DNA from: Glycera tridactyla
Lineage: Eukaryota
DNA length: 64,000 nucleotides
Direction: 5' to 3'
Assembly (NCBI GenBank): GCA_965644265.1
Contig: OZ286459.1
Span: forward strand, 50,840,001-50,904,000
Part shown: piece after piece, positions 44,269-56,716 of the stretch
Layout of the letters: each line of letters begins with the position of its first letter
How positions within the stretch are numbered: position 1 is the first letter of the stretch
Made by a program: the position numbers and the translations under genes
Notes under the pieces: model-generated
The model's database searches: none
What the model saw: the letters and a program-made list of their open reading frames with translations, nothing else
What the model was told of the DNA's origin: nothing

Positions 44269-46850
44269 ATGCAATCCAATAGACGTGAAGACACCCATGT
44301 CTTTCCTAGTTCCTCTCCCCTTTATGATCTCGACTACTCATCAGCATCTTTATCCAACTTACCTGGCATTAGTTATGGATCTCTTAATGTTCAAAGTGTC
44401 ACATGCAAAACAGATGAAGTACATCACTTATTGAAACATAGTAAACTTGACTTCCTGTCACTATCAAAGACCTTTTTGAATCGATCCTAGCATTGCCAAC
44501 AATGAATAATCATCCCTGGTTATTCATTCGTTCAGCAAGACAGAAATGCTAACAGTGGTGAAACAGTGGAGGGGGGGCTCATTCTCTATCATGCCTCTCA
44601 CCTTGAAAACCATCTTGAAATTCCTGACATCTCAGTTTGCACGCCAGATGTATTGCATAAGTGTGGACCACTGTTCTTGGGCTCACTGTATCGCCCTCCT
44701 GATGGCTCAATAAGCAACTTTGTTGATTACTTCGTTGGAACACTAGCATGGATACTATAGATTAATCATTTCCAGTGCATGATCTTCTATTTCTAGGAGC
44801 TACCAATATAGATGTCATCAAAGGATGCAACAATAGGAATAGAGAATATCTGAACTGCCTTAAATCAAGAGCATTGTTGCAATTAATTAGCCAACCAACA
44901 AGAACCACAACCAGATCCTCTAGCCTCATTGATCATATCGTGATCTCTAATCCGAGCTTCTACCAACAATTCGGTGTTGTTGATCCTGGTCAAAGCAACC
45001 ATTGCCTGGTCTATGTAGCAAGAAAACGTCTTAAAACCAAGAGGCAGAAGGTTACATACAAATTTCGTAGTTATCGCAATCTTAGCAGTGAACAATTTGT
45101 CTATGACCAAAATAAACTTGACCTACCTAAAATTTACCAAGCACAAACAGCAGATGATGCAGCATATGAGCTAAATAGAATTTTAGAAGGGTGTATTGAT
45201 TTTCACCTGCCAATCAAAAAACGTCTCTTCAGTGATAGAGACCTGCCATGGATCAATAGCGAGTACCCTGGTCATATCGACCTGTGTGAACACCGTGCAT
45301 ACCTATTCAATAAATACCCTACTTTTCTTAATGAAGCATTAAGAATAGAAGCTTTGCTCCAGAAAAAGAGCCTAAAAGAGGAACCTATCCGGGAATATGT
45401 GGAAAATACTGTGGAATCTCACTCTTAAGACCCAAAACAGTTGTGGAAAGGTATTAAGAAGATCTGGCCCCTTTATAAATCAGATACCAAATCACCCACC
45501 CTTTCCTCAACAGACGTAATATGCCAGTCGAATGAGATCAATGAATTCTTTGTCAGTGTAGGTAGCACCCTGGCGGGAAAAATACCTGACATGGAGGCTC
45601 CACCTGGTGTCTCACTGTCGACCTGTATTTGAATCGCGTAGTATCACCCCTGCGACAGTAGCTGAAATCATAAAAAAGACCAACAACTTGTCGTCCGCAG
45701 CAGTTGATGGAATTTCTAATCAACTTCTCAGATATTTTCCCCTTCATATCATGTGCCATTACCCATGTTTTCAATAAATCTATGAGTATGTCAGTTTTTC
45801 TGACTATCTGGAAGACCAGTAATGTCACTATTCTACATGAAGGCGGAGGGGATACTACTGTTAATAATATTCGTTCCAATTTCCATCGTTCCATGTATTG
45901 GCAAACTCATGGAAAGGATTGTGCATTGTCAAATTATTACCTACCTCGCCAGCCACGATATTCTCACAGATGCCCAATTTGGATTCAGGGAGGGGTGCTC
46001 GACTGGGACGTGTCTGGTCAGCTTCCTTGATAATATTTATCATGAGGCTGACCGGTCATGTCCCACTGGAGTCCTATTCCTGGATCTGAAAAAGGCATTT
46101 GATACAGTTGATCATCCTAAATTGGTACAGCGCCTGACTGGAGAAGGCTTCATGTATTCTGCTACAGCTTGGATGGGATCGTATCTAACTGGGCGCTCTC
46201 AAAGAGTGAAATATAGTAATGTTCTCTCTGACTGCCTTGAAATATCTCATGGGGTTCCCCAAGGCTCAATTTGGGGCCCTTTATTATTTCTTCTTTATGT
46301 AATCTGCATGCCAGCAGTTCTCAAACATACCTCCTGCTTTCTTTATGCTGATGACAGGGCGATATGTGCGAGTGGCAAATCTGAGGCTGAAATTACCTCC
46401 AACCTGGAAGAAGACCTTGTCGCCCTCCGGAGTTGGTTTGCATTCATGAAACTCACTCTAAATATTGACAAATCAGGAGTTATGTTCTTTGGGACTCGGC
46501 CAAAACCACCGTGAATATGTATTGAGAAGAGTTATAACCAGAAGAAGTGCTCTTACCCACATTAGGCCATTTATTTGTGAAAAAGGAGCTTTATCTATCT
46601 ATCACGCGCTTATACAGACTTTATTATGTTTTAATAATTATGTCTGTATGGCATGAATGCAAAATCCAGAGTGAGACTACAATGTTGTCAAAACTAGAAA
46701 TCAGACACTGTAGAACTCAATTTGCTAATGGTCCTAATATCCCGCAAGGGATTAAGCTTTGGAACTCCATTCCCAACAATATCAGAACCACGAATAACGT
46801 TGCTACCTTCAAGAAACATGTCAAATCACTGCTCAATATATAAATATCTA
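44269..46850 (+). mobile_element. Decayed CR1/L2-group LINE (APE + RT)
   Basis: SLSNLPGISYGSLNVQS, YRPPDG, SLIDHI, LPWIN, GFREG, GVLFLDLKKAFDTV, GVPQGSIWGP and YADD across several frames. Confidence 0.92.
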
Positions 46851-46999
46851 ATATAGTTACTCTTTTGGAGTAAGTCGGTTGATCATCAATTTATCTGACA
46901 GATAACAAGAAGGTTCTTGGGTTTCGGTTTTTTGGTTATGAGTTGGCTTGAATGTTGATGTCATACCCAAGAAGCATTTAATTCACTATATGAAAATTT

Positions 47000-47345
47000 C
47001 AACATCTTATGTAACCTCTAAATATTTTCTGAATTATTATGACTAGTTTTGAATGAATTTGGTTTATTCATTTATCCATTTTTTTGGTCAAGAACATGTC
47101 TGTTTGTTTATTATAATGTTCTACTGTGTATATATTGAGCTAGGCACTATCATGGAGACACAGTTTGGTACATCAGATACATCTTACGTAACCTCTAAGT
47201 ATTCCCTGAATCAACATGATTAGTTTTTGAAGGAATTTGATTTGTTTCTCATTTAATTTTGGTCGAGAATATATCTGTTTATATATTATAATGTTTACCT
47301 GCGTATGTATTGAGAACGCACTATCATGGATGCACAGTTGGGTAT
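47000..47345 (+). repeat. Two units of a ~160-177 bp AT-rich repeat; two more at ~54530-54831
   Basis: acatctta.gtaacctctaag.attt.ctgaatca..atga.tag...tgaat...ggtcgagaa...tctgttt...tattataatgtt...attgagctaggcac recurs four times. Confidence 0.75.
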
Positions 47346-47579
47346 ACCAAGATTGGGTTGACCGTAGGTCTTATTGGTCATCCTGATTTGACAAAATTCA
47401 AAACAACATACATCTCCAAAGAAAAAAATGTCAGGAACTAAGAGATAGTCTTAGGCGTAATTATATAGACAAAAAAGTTATGGGAGCCGGAAACAACTCC
47501 CAAAAATTGTGGAAGGTCTTCAGGTCTCTCTGGCCTAAGTCAAATGTCGACTCAAGCAATATTATTAGTAGAGACAACT

Positions 47580-50500
47580 GTGATAAGATAAGATAAGATA
47601 AGATAAACTTTATTAAACAAAAGACATGTGACCACAGGGTCATATTACATGCTGATGTTCCAGTGCAAGAAATAAACAAACCTGCAGCTTATAAACCAGG
47701 AACAGCAATACTAACATTTGGAGAAAAGACAGTCAAGTGGACAGTAGGTGAGTAACTGAATTGATATGAGGGTGATCTGGAGGGAGGTAGGAAGAGAGAA
47801 AGAAAAGAGAGAAAAGAAAGAGTAAGGGAAGAGAGAAGAAAGTAAAAAAAGCGTGAGAGAAAAGGAGGAAGAAAGAAGAGATGAGATAAAAATAGTGGCA
47901 GATAGATTTAACATAAAGGACAATGCAAATGTAGAAGATCAGTACTCAGACAAATAGGTACATGAGTATACAAGGTAATAAGTGAGAGTGAGAGTGACAA
48001 GAGACAATGAATAACAATTTTAAAATTTTAAAATTTCAGGCAGGAATCAGGATGGAGATGATGGAGATGGAGATGGAGGTGAGAAAAAGGAGAGTCTGTG
48101 AAACTGTAGGGGAAACTGAGGGGATATGAGGAAGTTGAGGGGATTAGGTTATTTCAGGAGAAAGGAGGTCAGAAAATTCATGAAAGTGGAGGTGTGGGAG
48201 TGGGGGTGTGAAATTTTGAATTTGAATTTGAATTGAATGAAAAATGAGGAGAGCTAGAATCTGGAAATAGAATTCAGAAGATGGTCAAATGGCGGTTTGA
48301 CATTGTGTTGAAGCTTGGATCAAAGAAAAAACTCAGAAGGTTTCAGATGTTTACTGAAATTCACTGAGAAAGAGGAATGAAGCATGTTTGAAAGACGAGA
48401 TAGTGGGAGAAGATCTGATGTCGGAGGGAAGAGAGTTCCAGAGAGGGGCACCTCTGAATCTGATGTTGCGGTCTGGGAAAACAAGACGGTTGTGTGGGAA
48501 GGTTAAAAGTAAATTACTTTGAGCTGCAGATCTGGTGAGTATATGGGTGGGGGAATTTTCAGGGTGAAGAGATTTCTGAGTTCAGGGGGAGAGATGCCGT
48601 GTATCGCTTTAAAGATTTCGACACCAGTGGAGAAAGTCCTCATAGTTTCTAATTTCTCCATCCTGAGTTCCTGTCTAAGAAGTGTGGCAGAATAATGCCA
48701 TCCAAGTTGTTTTATGGTACTCAGGCAGCGGTTATGAGCAACTTGGAGTCTTGTGCTGTCAGCAGTGTTACAACCATCATATATATAATCACAATAACTG
48801 AAGACTGGCTCAATGAGTGAATTGAAAAGATAAATGGCCATTTTCTCATCTATAGAAGGGCGGAGGAAAAAAAGAGCACGTCTACGGAGAGTGACTTCAT
48901 TGATGAGTTTACAAATGTGCTCAGAAAAATTAAGCGTGGGGTCAAGTGTGATACCAAGGTATTTGTAAGAATTTACAGTAGAGATTTCAGAGTTTCCATA
49001 GGTTAGATTGATGGTTGGCGATAGATGAAGTCGGCGATGCGTACCAAAAAGCATAGAACAGGACTTAGCGGTGTTAAGGGTCAATTTCGACTCCCTAAAC
49101 CAGTCTGCAATAGTAGCTAGATCAGAGTTCAACTTGTGTTCAATGTCAATGACATCACAGCTGGTGTAACAAAGAGCAGTATCATCGGCATATAAGAAGA
49201 CATCACAAAATTGAATATTGGTGTACAAATCATTGGTATACAGAATGAACAGTAAAGGTCCTAAAATGGAACCTTGCGGAACACCAAAATCAACATTGGC
49301 GAAGGAGGAGACTTCGTTTTGAATTTTTACTGCCTGACTTCTACCACTGAGGTAGGAGCCAAACCAGGAAACACAGTTTTCATGGAAGAGCAATTTGTGA
49401 CATACGGGATCAAAGGCCTTCTTTATGTCCAGGAACAGCACCCCAGTGAGACAGCCCCCCTCAGCCCCTTGATAGATTTTATCAAGTAGCCCAGTGAGGC
49501 ATGTCCCAGTGGAGTGGCCCTCCCTGAATCTGAATTGCCTGTGATACAGTATGTCACGAGACGCGACAAATTTATAGGTCTGTGAGTGAATAAGTCTCTC
49601 AAAAACCTTACCGAGGACAGGCAATATAGAAATTGGACGAAAGTTTCCAAAGTCAGTGGTAGCACCACCTTTGTGAATCAAGGTAACTATGGCTTTTTTC
49701 CAGACAGCAGGAAAAATACAATTATCGATGGACAGGTCAAAAATACATGTCAATATAAAGATGATATCATCAGGTAGAAGTTTAGTAATGTAAGATGACA
49801 GCCCATCAGGTCCCGTAGCTCCAGATGAACTCAAATTTAGTATACTGGATTTGACATCACTTATTGTGAAACGGTTGAATTCAAAACTAGGTTGGATAGC
49901 AGGTAGATGTACCAGATGTTTTTTTTCTGCATTTTTGCTCAATTTGTCAAAGAGATTTTTACCTATATTAGCGAAATAAGAATTTGCTTTTTCGACCAAG
50001 GGAATGTTTAAGTTTTTGGAGTCATCATCGTGAGAGGGAGAGATGGGTGATTTTTGAGTTAAAGGCCAAAGGTTCTTGATTTGTTTTCATAATTTCTTGG
50101 GGTCATCTTTGTGTTTATTCAATAGATCAGAGATATAGGATCTTTTCAGAGCACGTTTCAGACGAGCTCTTAAGCGGAGGAATTCATGTTTAAGTTCGAG
50201 ATTGAGAGCTGAGGGACTGTCATTGAACTTTTTGCTACGATAGTTGGATAGGTCTGCTAGACTAATATAGTCAAAATTGAACCAAGGTTGACTTGTTTCA
50301 CAGATAGGCATGTACTTGAGAGGCGCAAAATTGTCCAGAACTTTGATAATAATATCTTGAAGCTGCGAGGCCGCAAGTTCTGGATCAACATGGGAGATAT
50401 CTGCTTCCTGAAAGTTGCGCCTTAAAGATGATTCGAAGTTTTTTAGTTTTAAGCTTGCGAAGGGATCGAATTGAGTGGAAGGAGGAGATTTTGGGTAGCT

Positions 50501-51272
50501 TCTGTCTATGTTGAGTGGTGTAGATGAGCTGGTGGTCACTTAAGGAGGGGTCAAGAGTGCCACATCTGGAATAATATTCTGGTCTGTTTGTGAGTAGATG
50601 GTCAATGAGACTGGAAGAGGTTGGAGTGACCCAGGTTGGTGACGAAATGATTTGAGTGAGGGCATGATTTTTTAGGAAGTCGGAGTAGTTTTTTGGAGGC
50701 CCTCCATTTTCGGCTACATAATCTATATTGGTGTCACTGAGGATTAGGATATCGGCAGGATGTTTCAATGATTCATGTTCAAGGAGAGTCTCCATTTCAT
50801 CTAGAAAATTCAAGATGGAGCTATTTGGGGGTCTATAGACACAGAATATGTAGATAGGTCTAGCCTTTGTAAGATTGAGGCAAACTGACAAGATCTCAGC
50901 ATGAGGTGAACACGAGCACATATCTTTCATAATTGAGAGATTATACTGCTGCTGAAAGTGAATGAGGAGACCGCCACCTCCAACCTTACCTGAAGCAGCA
51001 GTACGGTCGAAACGATGAAAGTTATAGCCTGGGATGAATAGTTCATCATTGTGTATTGAGTCATTTAGAAAGGTCTCATTGATATAGAGGAAATCAAGTG
51101 AACTTTGTACTAGAAGAGTCTCTAGGTCTTCCCATTTCCTGATGATACTACGTAGATTAAGGGAAGCGCAAGAGATGCCAGGAAGATTTGAGAGACTCAT
51201 AGAGCTGTATTCAAGATTTGATGGGGGAGTTTCAAGGGGAAAGACATATTTAGGTTTCCTAGGGGGAGGCAT
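47580..51272 (-). mobile_element. Near-complete CR1/L2-group LINE ORF2 (APE-RT) with frameshifts, 3' UTR and (TTATC)n tail
   Basis: ORFs 51272..50385 (APE), 50539..50087 (linker) and 49999..48503 (RT: YADDT, GVPQGSILGP); (gataa)n at about 47580-47605. Confidence 0.93.
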
Positions 51273-52299
51273 TCTAAAGAAAGGGGAGCTGAAGGGGGAG
51301 AAAAAAGTTGAAGAATTGAGGAGAGAGAAGGAAGAATGACAGGGGATGTATGAATGAGAGGTAGAGATGAACGTGAATGAGTGAAAAGATGAGGACAGAT
51401 AAGAGGTATGAGAAGTAGAAGTGAGTGAGTCTGAAATGTAAGATTGGCAGTCTAAGTGAGATCACTAAAATGTTGGTGAAGGAGATGGTGGAGACGGTGG
51501 TGGGGGGGGGGGGGCAATCAGTAATAATATATAGCAGTACAAGTACAAGATTCGGATCTAAGCTGTGAGTACAGGTAGCTATTGAGATGAACATTGGTGC
51601 AATAGTACAGAGTGACAAAAATTAGCATCAGATTACAGGATACAACAAGATACAGGATGCTGGAGGAAACAGATAGTTTATCATGTGAGAGTGTAAGGGA
51701 TTTTCAAAGGAGCAAAGACTATATATGCAAGGACATCGAGTCTAGGTTCATTGACCAACGTTGTGATGGCGAATGAGTCCAGAGTGATGTAGGTTTAGGG
51801 ATTATTCTTAGTGGTGGCGTGCCTAATAAATTTAATGAAATGAATAAGAATATGCGATGAGTATGAGGCAGGTATCATATAGGGTAGCAGGTTGCTTCTT
51901 AGATCAATGGCCTACGTAGCGTAGACGAATGAAGTAAGAAGAGGTGAGATTTGGTGAGATTCGAGAATGCAGTGGGGAAAAAAGATTTACATGAGAAATA
52001 TAAACTTCCAGAATATAACAGTGGGCAACAAGTTAAGATGACTTTGGGATGTGGTAATATGAAAAACTGACAACTCCGCAAAGATATACATAAATATATA
52101 CAAATTGTAACAATCATTCATAATTGGCGATAGTGGTCTATATTGAGAAGGTGGTTTAGATGTGAGGCACTGGGGGGGGGGGGAGGATTGTTGGAAAATA
52201 TAATTTGATTCGAAATTTTGGGAACATTTTGAAAGAAGAAGGGAGATATCGGAAACTCTGACAAAAAGCCAGTTCTTAGATAAAGTGTGAAACAGATGA

Positions 52300-53945
52300 G
52301 ATAAAAGCGAACAGTTTGAATAACTATTTCACTCATATCGGACCCCAACTTGCGTCAGCCATTACCTACTCAGAACCACTTGAGACAACCTATTCTCACA
52401 ACTCTGTATTTACCCTCAAAGACACAAATATAGTGACTCTCTCTAGTGTAATATCAAACAAGAAGTCCAGTACCGCCCGTGCGGCAGATAGTGTGAGCAA
52501 CAATCTATTGAAACTGTCATCTAGTGATATAACAAATACGTTAACAACAATTGTAAATGACTCAATCAAGAAAGGAATCTTCCAGGAATCTTGGAAGAGA
52601 GGGGTGATTACCCCCCCTACCTAAGACAAGGGAAGCATCCACGATTAAAGATTACAGACCCATTTCAGTGTTGCCTTGTCTGGGTAAACTCGCTGAGCGA
52701 CTTGTACATGATCAGTGCACTGCTTTTTTGGATGCAAATAAGATCGTGTCGAGGGCTCAGTCTGGGTTCAGGAAGCACCACTCCACCGTCACTTGTCTGG
52801 CGAGTTTTGAAGAATATATTTACAAGTCTATGGACCATGGAGAAATAGTTGGGGTGGTGTTCCTGGACTTGGCTAAAGCCTTCGACACGGTCGACCATGT
52901 TTTGTCACTACATGATTTGAATAATATGGGTTTTGATCAACACTCAATCAACTGGGTAACGAGTTACCTGGGTAACCGCCAACAAGCTACCAGAGTTAAT
53001 TAGACAGGGTCTAGTTTTACTATTGCTCGATGCAGAGTCCCACAAGGGTCAATCTTGGGACCATTATTTTTCACCCTGTATGTTGAAATACTCAAAAACA
53101 TCAATGTACGCAGATGATACTGCGATCTATAATGTCAGGGAAGGATTTACCCACTATCTGTGAACACTTAAAACATGACCTTGACCAACTTGAAACTTTC
53201 TTCAGATCGAAGAAACTGAGTCTTGATATGACGAAATCAAACTGCATGCTCTTTGGGATACCTCAACGCCTGAATCAAAGCAAAAACGAAACATGTCAAC
53301 TTGGTACACACTTGAATCTAGAACAAGTAGAAACAACGAAATATCTAGGCCTACTACTAGACGAAACTTTATCATTCAAACCGCATATAAATAAAATCGT
53401 GAATGGCCTGAAAGCACGGACCTCGCAGCTGAGGTGTAGTCGTAGACTAATGAGCCTTGACTGTGCCCGCAGACTGGCAACCTCAGATATACTCAGCCCG
53501 CTGAACTATGGAAACATTATTTAAAGGGTGCAAGTGAGAGCACGTTAAATAGCCTTGAGAAAGCGTACTGTTAACTATTAAGGACCATTGCTATGGCTGA
53601 CTACTCAGCTTCCCGGTCTGAACTGCAGGACATGTGCAGTCTTATTTCCCTGAATGAGAACAGACAACGTTATCTTCTTATGGAATTATTCAAAATCCGC
53701 AATGGACTTACATCTCATGACATGTTTGATGCGGTTGGCAAGTATATGCATGCGGAATCGCGCAGGGACACTAGAGCAACCTCTAAAAATAATATGATAT
53801 TGCCTTTCCATCAAACTGAATCCGGAGAGCACTCCTTTATCACTTGAGCAATAAAAACCTGGAACGCCAGGCCGGACAAACTCTAGGATGCTCCGTCAGT
53901 ATCTGCATATAAGCTTGCACTCAAAAAACACTTCTCGATGTGAAA
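52300..53945 (+). mobile_element. 5'-truncated decayed LINE RT
   Basis: NNYFTHIG, GFRKHHST, GVVFLDLAKAFDTVDH, vpQGSILGP and KYLGLLLD. Confidence 0.88.
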
Positions 53946-54831
53946 TGGGTAAATTAGTATAGGCATCCAATACCCATTGATAAATTTGTAATATCTATAT
54001 TTGTTTACATATTGCTTGCATATTGTTTGTATGTTATCTATCAATCCTAGTAATCAGTTGGTTGTCTGATTGTCCTACCTGTCTTATGAAATCAATGTAC
54101 GAATATAAATATATCATAATACTGTGTAAGTTTTTTTTGATCTAGTAACTAGCAAGTTTGTATATAAATTGTTTGAACTGCCCAAACGAAAGAGTGAATG
54201 ATTTGTGCAGATTTTGCTGAAACGACGTAATTAGCCTTATTGATGATACAGTTGAATAGTCTCTTTGCATGTATATTCAAATATTGCCACACTTTATTGA
54301 ATGTTTTCCTCGAACGTTTTCTTTCTCCGTGTTTCTCTGTTCCATCTATCAGGGCATATTGTATATTGGTATAATAACTGGGATGAAAGCCAAGATTGGT
54401 GTAAAGTGGGAGTATTTTGGTGTATTATCTGTCAGCATTGATTTCAATGAAGCTCGAGCGCAGATAGTATAGGCCTCCGTCGTTGTGAGAGATCTTAAAT
54501 AAAACACTGTTATCTGTTATGTGTTATTAGATACATCATTGTAACCTCTAAGAATTTTCTGAATCAATATGAGTAGCTTTGGAATGAATTTGATTGATTT
54601 ATTTATCTGTTTGGTCGAGAATAAGTCTGTTTGTATATTATAATGTTCACCTGTGCATATATTGAGCTAAGCAATATCACTGAGACACCAGATACATCTT
54701 AAGCAACCTCTAAGTATTTTTCTAAATCAATATGATTAATTTTGAATGAATTTGATCTATTCATTTTTTGGGGGGGGGGGGAGAGAAAATGTCTGTTTGT
54801 GTATTACAATGTACATATTAAGCTAGGCACA

Positions 54832-54975
54832 GTTGAATACCGTACCTGTCTCTCCCTCAAATTCTGCATCCCCAATGCTCAACTACCTACGTCCGAACTT
54901 CCCAACATATGGAAGATTTATTTAGAGGCATGCACCCTTTCGCCACCGCGACACCGCCATCTACTGCAATTATGA
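54832..54975 (+). mobile_element. Solo DIRS 5' ITR fragment (element 2 subfamily)
   Basis: GTTgaataccgtacctgtctctccctcaaattctgcatc...ccgaacttcccaacatatggaagatt matches the element 2 terminus. Confidence 0.85.
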
Positions 54976-56716
54976 CGAACTGTAATCCAACGACGACTTG
55001 AGCGCTCGATAAGTGGCCACTATGGACAGCTGGAATCAAAACCTAGTCAAAGACACTGTGTCTAGATAGTTAGTGCACTGTAGAATTAATGACTTAAAAG
55101 TCAGGGTTAAAGACCCACGATGAAGTATCGAACTTTAAAGTTAATAATAATGGTGGCCACCTAGATGCATGTGTGATGACCACGGATGTGACATGCATGT
55201 TCAGCTGATAGTGGGGTGTAGTGATCACTAGAACGCGTATAAGACGTCGATGGATGAAAATAGAGGATTATTCCATTCCTCTAAGAAAACGTATCCAGAT
55301 CCATAATGCCGGACAAACCCATCTCACCGTATAAGGCAATCAACTCCCACACATCAGCGGTGGAGTAAGTGTGCCCGTCACACTATCTTCTTGGCAGTTA
55401 AAGCATATCGTAGACTTTACAAGTCTTCAAATAGCTGCATCCGTGAGCCGGGATAGGCGACAAGGGATAAGAGTGGCCTGAAGAGTACGCACCTCTCCAG
55501 TTATGACATCTCAGACACGATGGTCGCTGCAAGAAGACAGAAAAAAATCTCCTACCAAAATGTCCAAGTATCATAAAAAGAAAAATTCCATTTAATATAA
55601 TATCTTTAAACAACTCTAAAATGTTTTTTTTTGTTTGTTGCGTGCACTCAGTTACGTTGCAGTTGCCAGATCTATTATAGTGGGAAGGCAGGATCCCACT
55701 TTATTCCCCACTGACTAAATAGCGCAAGAATTTAAGCTACAAGTTACCAATGACCAAGTTACTCCAAATATTTCAACAATCAGTTCTGAAGATTGTCAAA
55801 GACAATCAGCAAGTATCACCGTTGAAAAGAAATCTCAATGCACTAAGCCATTATCAACGGAGCAAACTAAGTTAATCAATTGATGAATAAGGCATTAAAA
55901 TATCATCAGCTGTATCAGAGAGAGCTAAGTTCATGGGGAATGAACTAGAAAGGTGAATACACCAAGTTTTCTCTCAGTCAGCTGGGATCATGATGCAGCA
56001 GCAATACAGCGAAAAAGTTGGAGTCCAACTGTCTGCGTGAAAAGAGCAAGCACGCATTTCAAAATCAAAATAGTTGAGATCGCATCAAATTAAATTCAAA
56101 AATTTGAATAAATTCCAATTTAAGATTTTTAAATAGAGAAATTAATCTATCCATAACAGGTGGTCTCTATAGACAGAGTCAGATAAAGATACCACTCACC
56201 GAAGCAAGGGGCAAGATCTGAAAACAACACAAGTTAACACACAACCTGGTTTCTCCATCAAATTATGCATTCATTCTCATTGAATCGCCCACTTCGAACT
56301 TTAATACAATTAAAAATCTTCTCTCAGGTGTCACCCCTACACCATCCGATATCGCAGCGCTCCCCGTGCAAACCGGTGGAACTACGCTTGCCACGTAAAC
56401 AAACTCGCGCAAGCGCAACTCGTTTTTTTCCGTTTCGCTTCGCGATAACGGAGCTTTTGATTTTCTCACTGGTTTTTGCCAAACTATCTAGGTAAAACAG
56501 TTTCGCCCGCTTTCGAGCTTCACCGTACCGTTAGTTCGGTATCTTAGCACTGTTCCGCCTTGCCCGGCAAGCGTGCTAGATAATTGTTGTTCTTGTTTCA
56601 GAAGATTATTGTGCATGACAGCTTTGGTGACCTTATATGACCTCTTGAAATGACCTGACCGGACTGTCCGGCCAAGGGTCTGTGATTTTCATATCATTGT
56701 CATTTACCTATGCACC

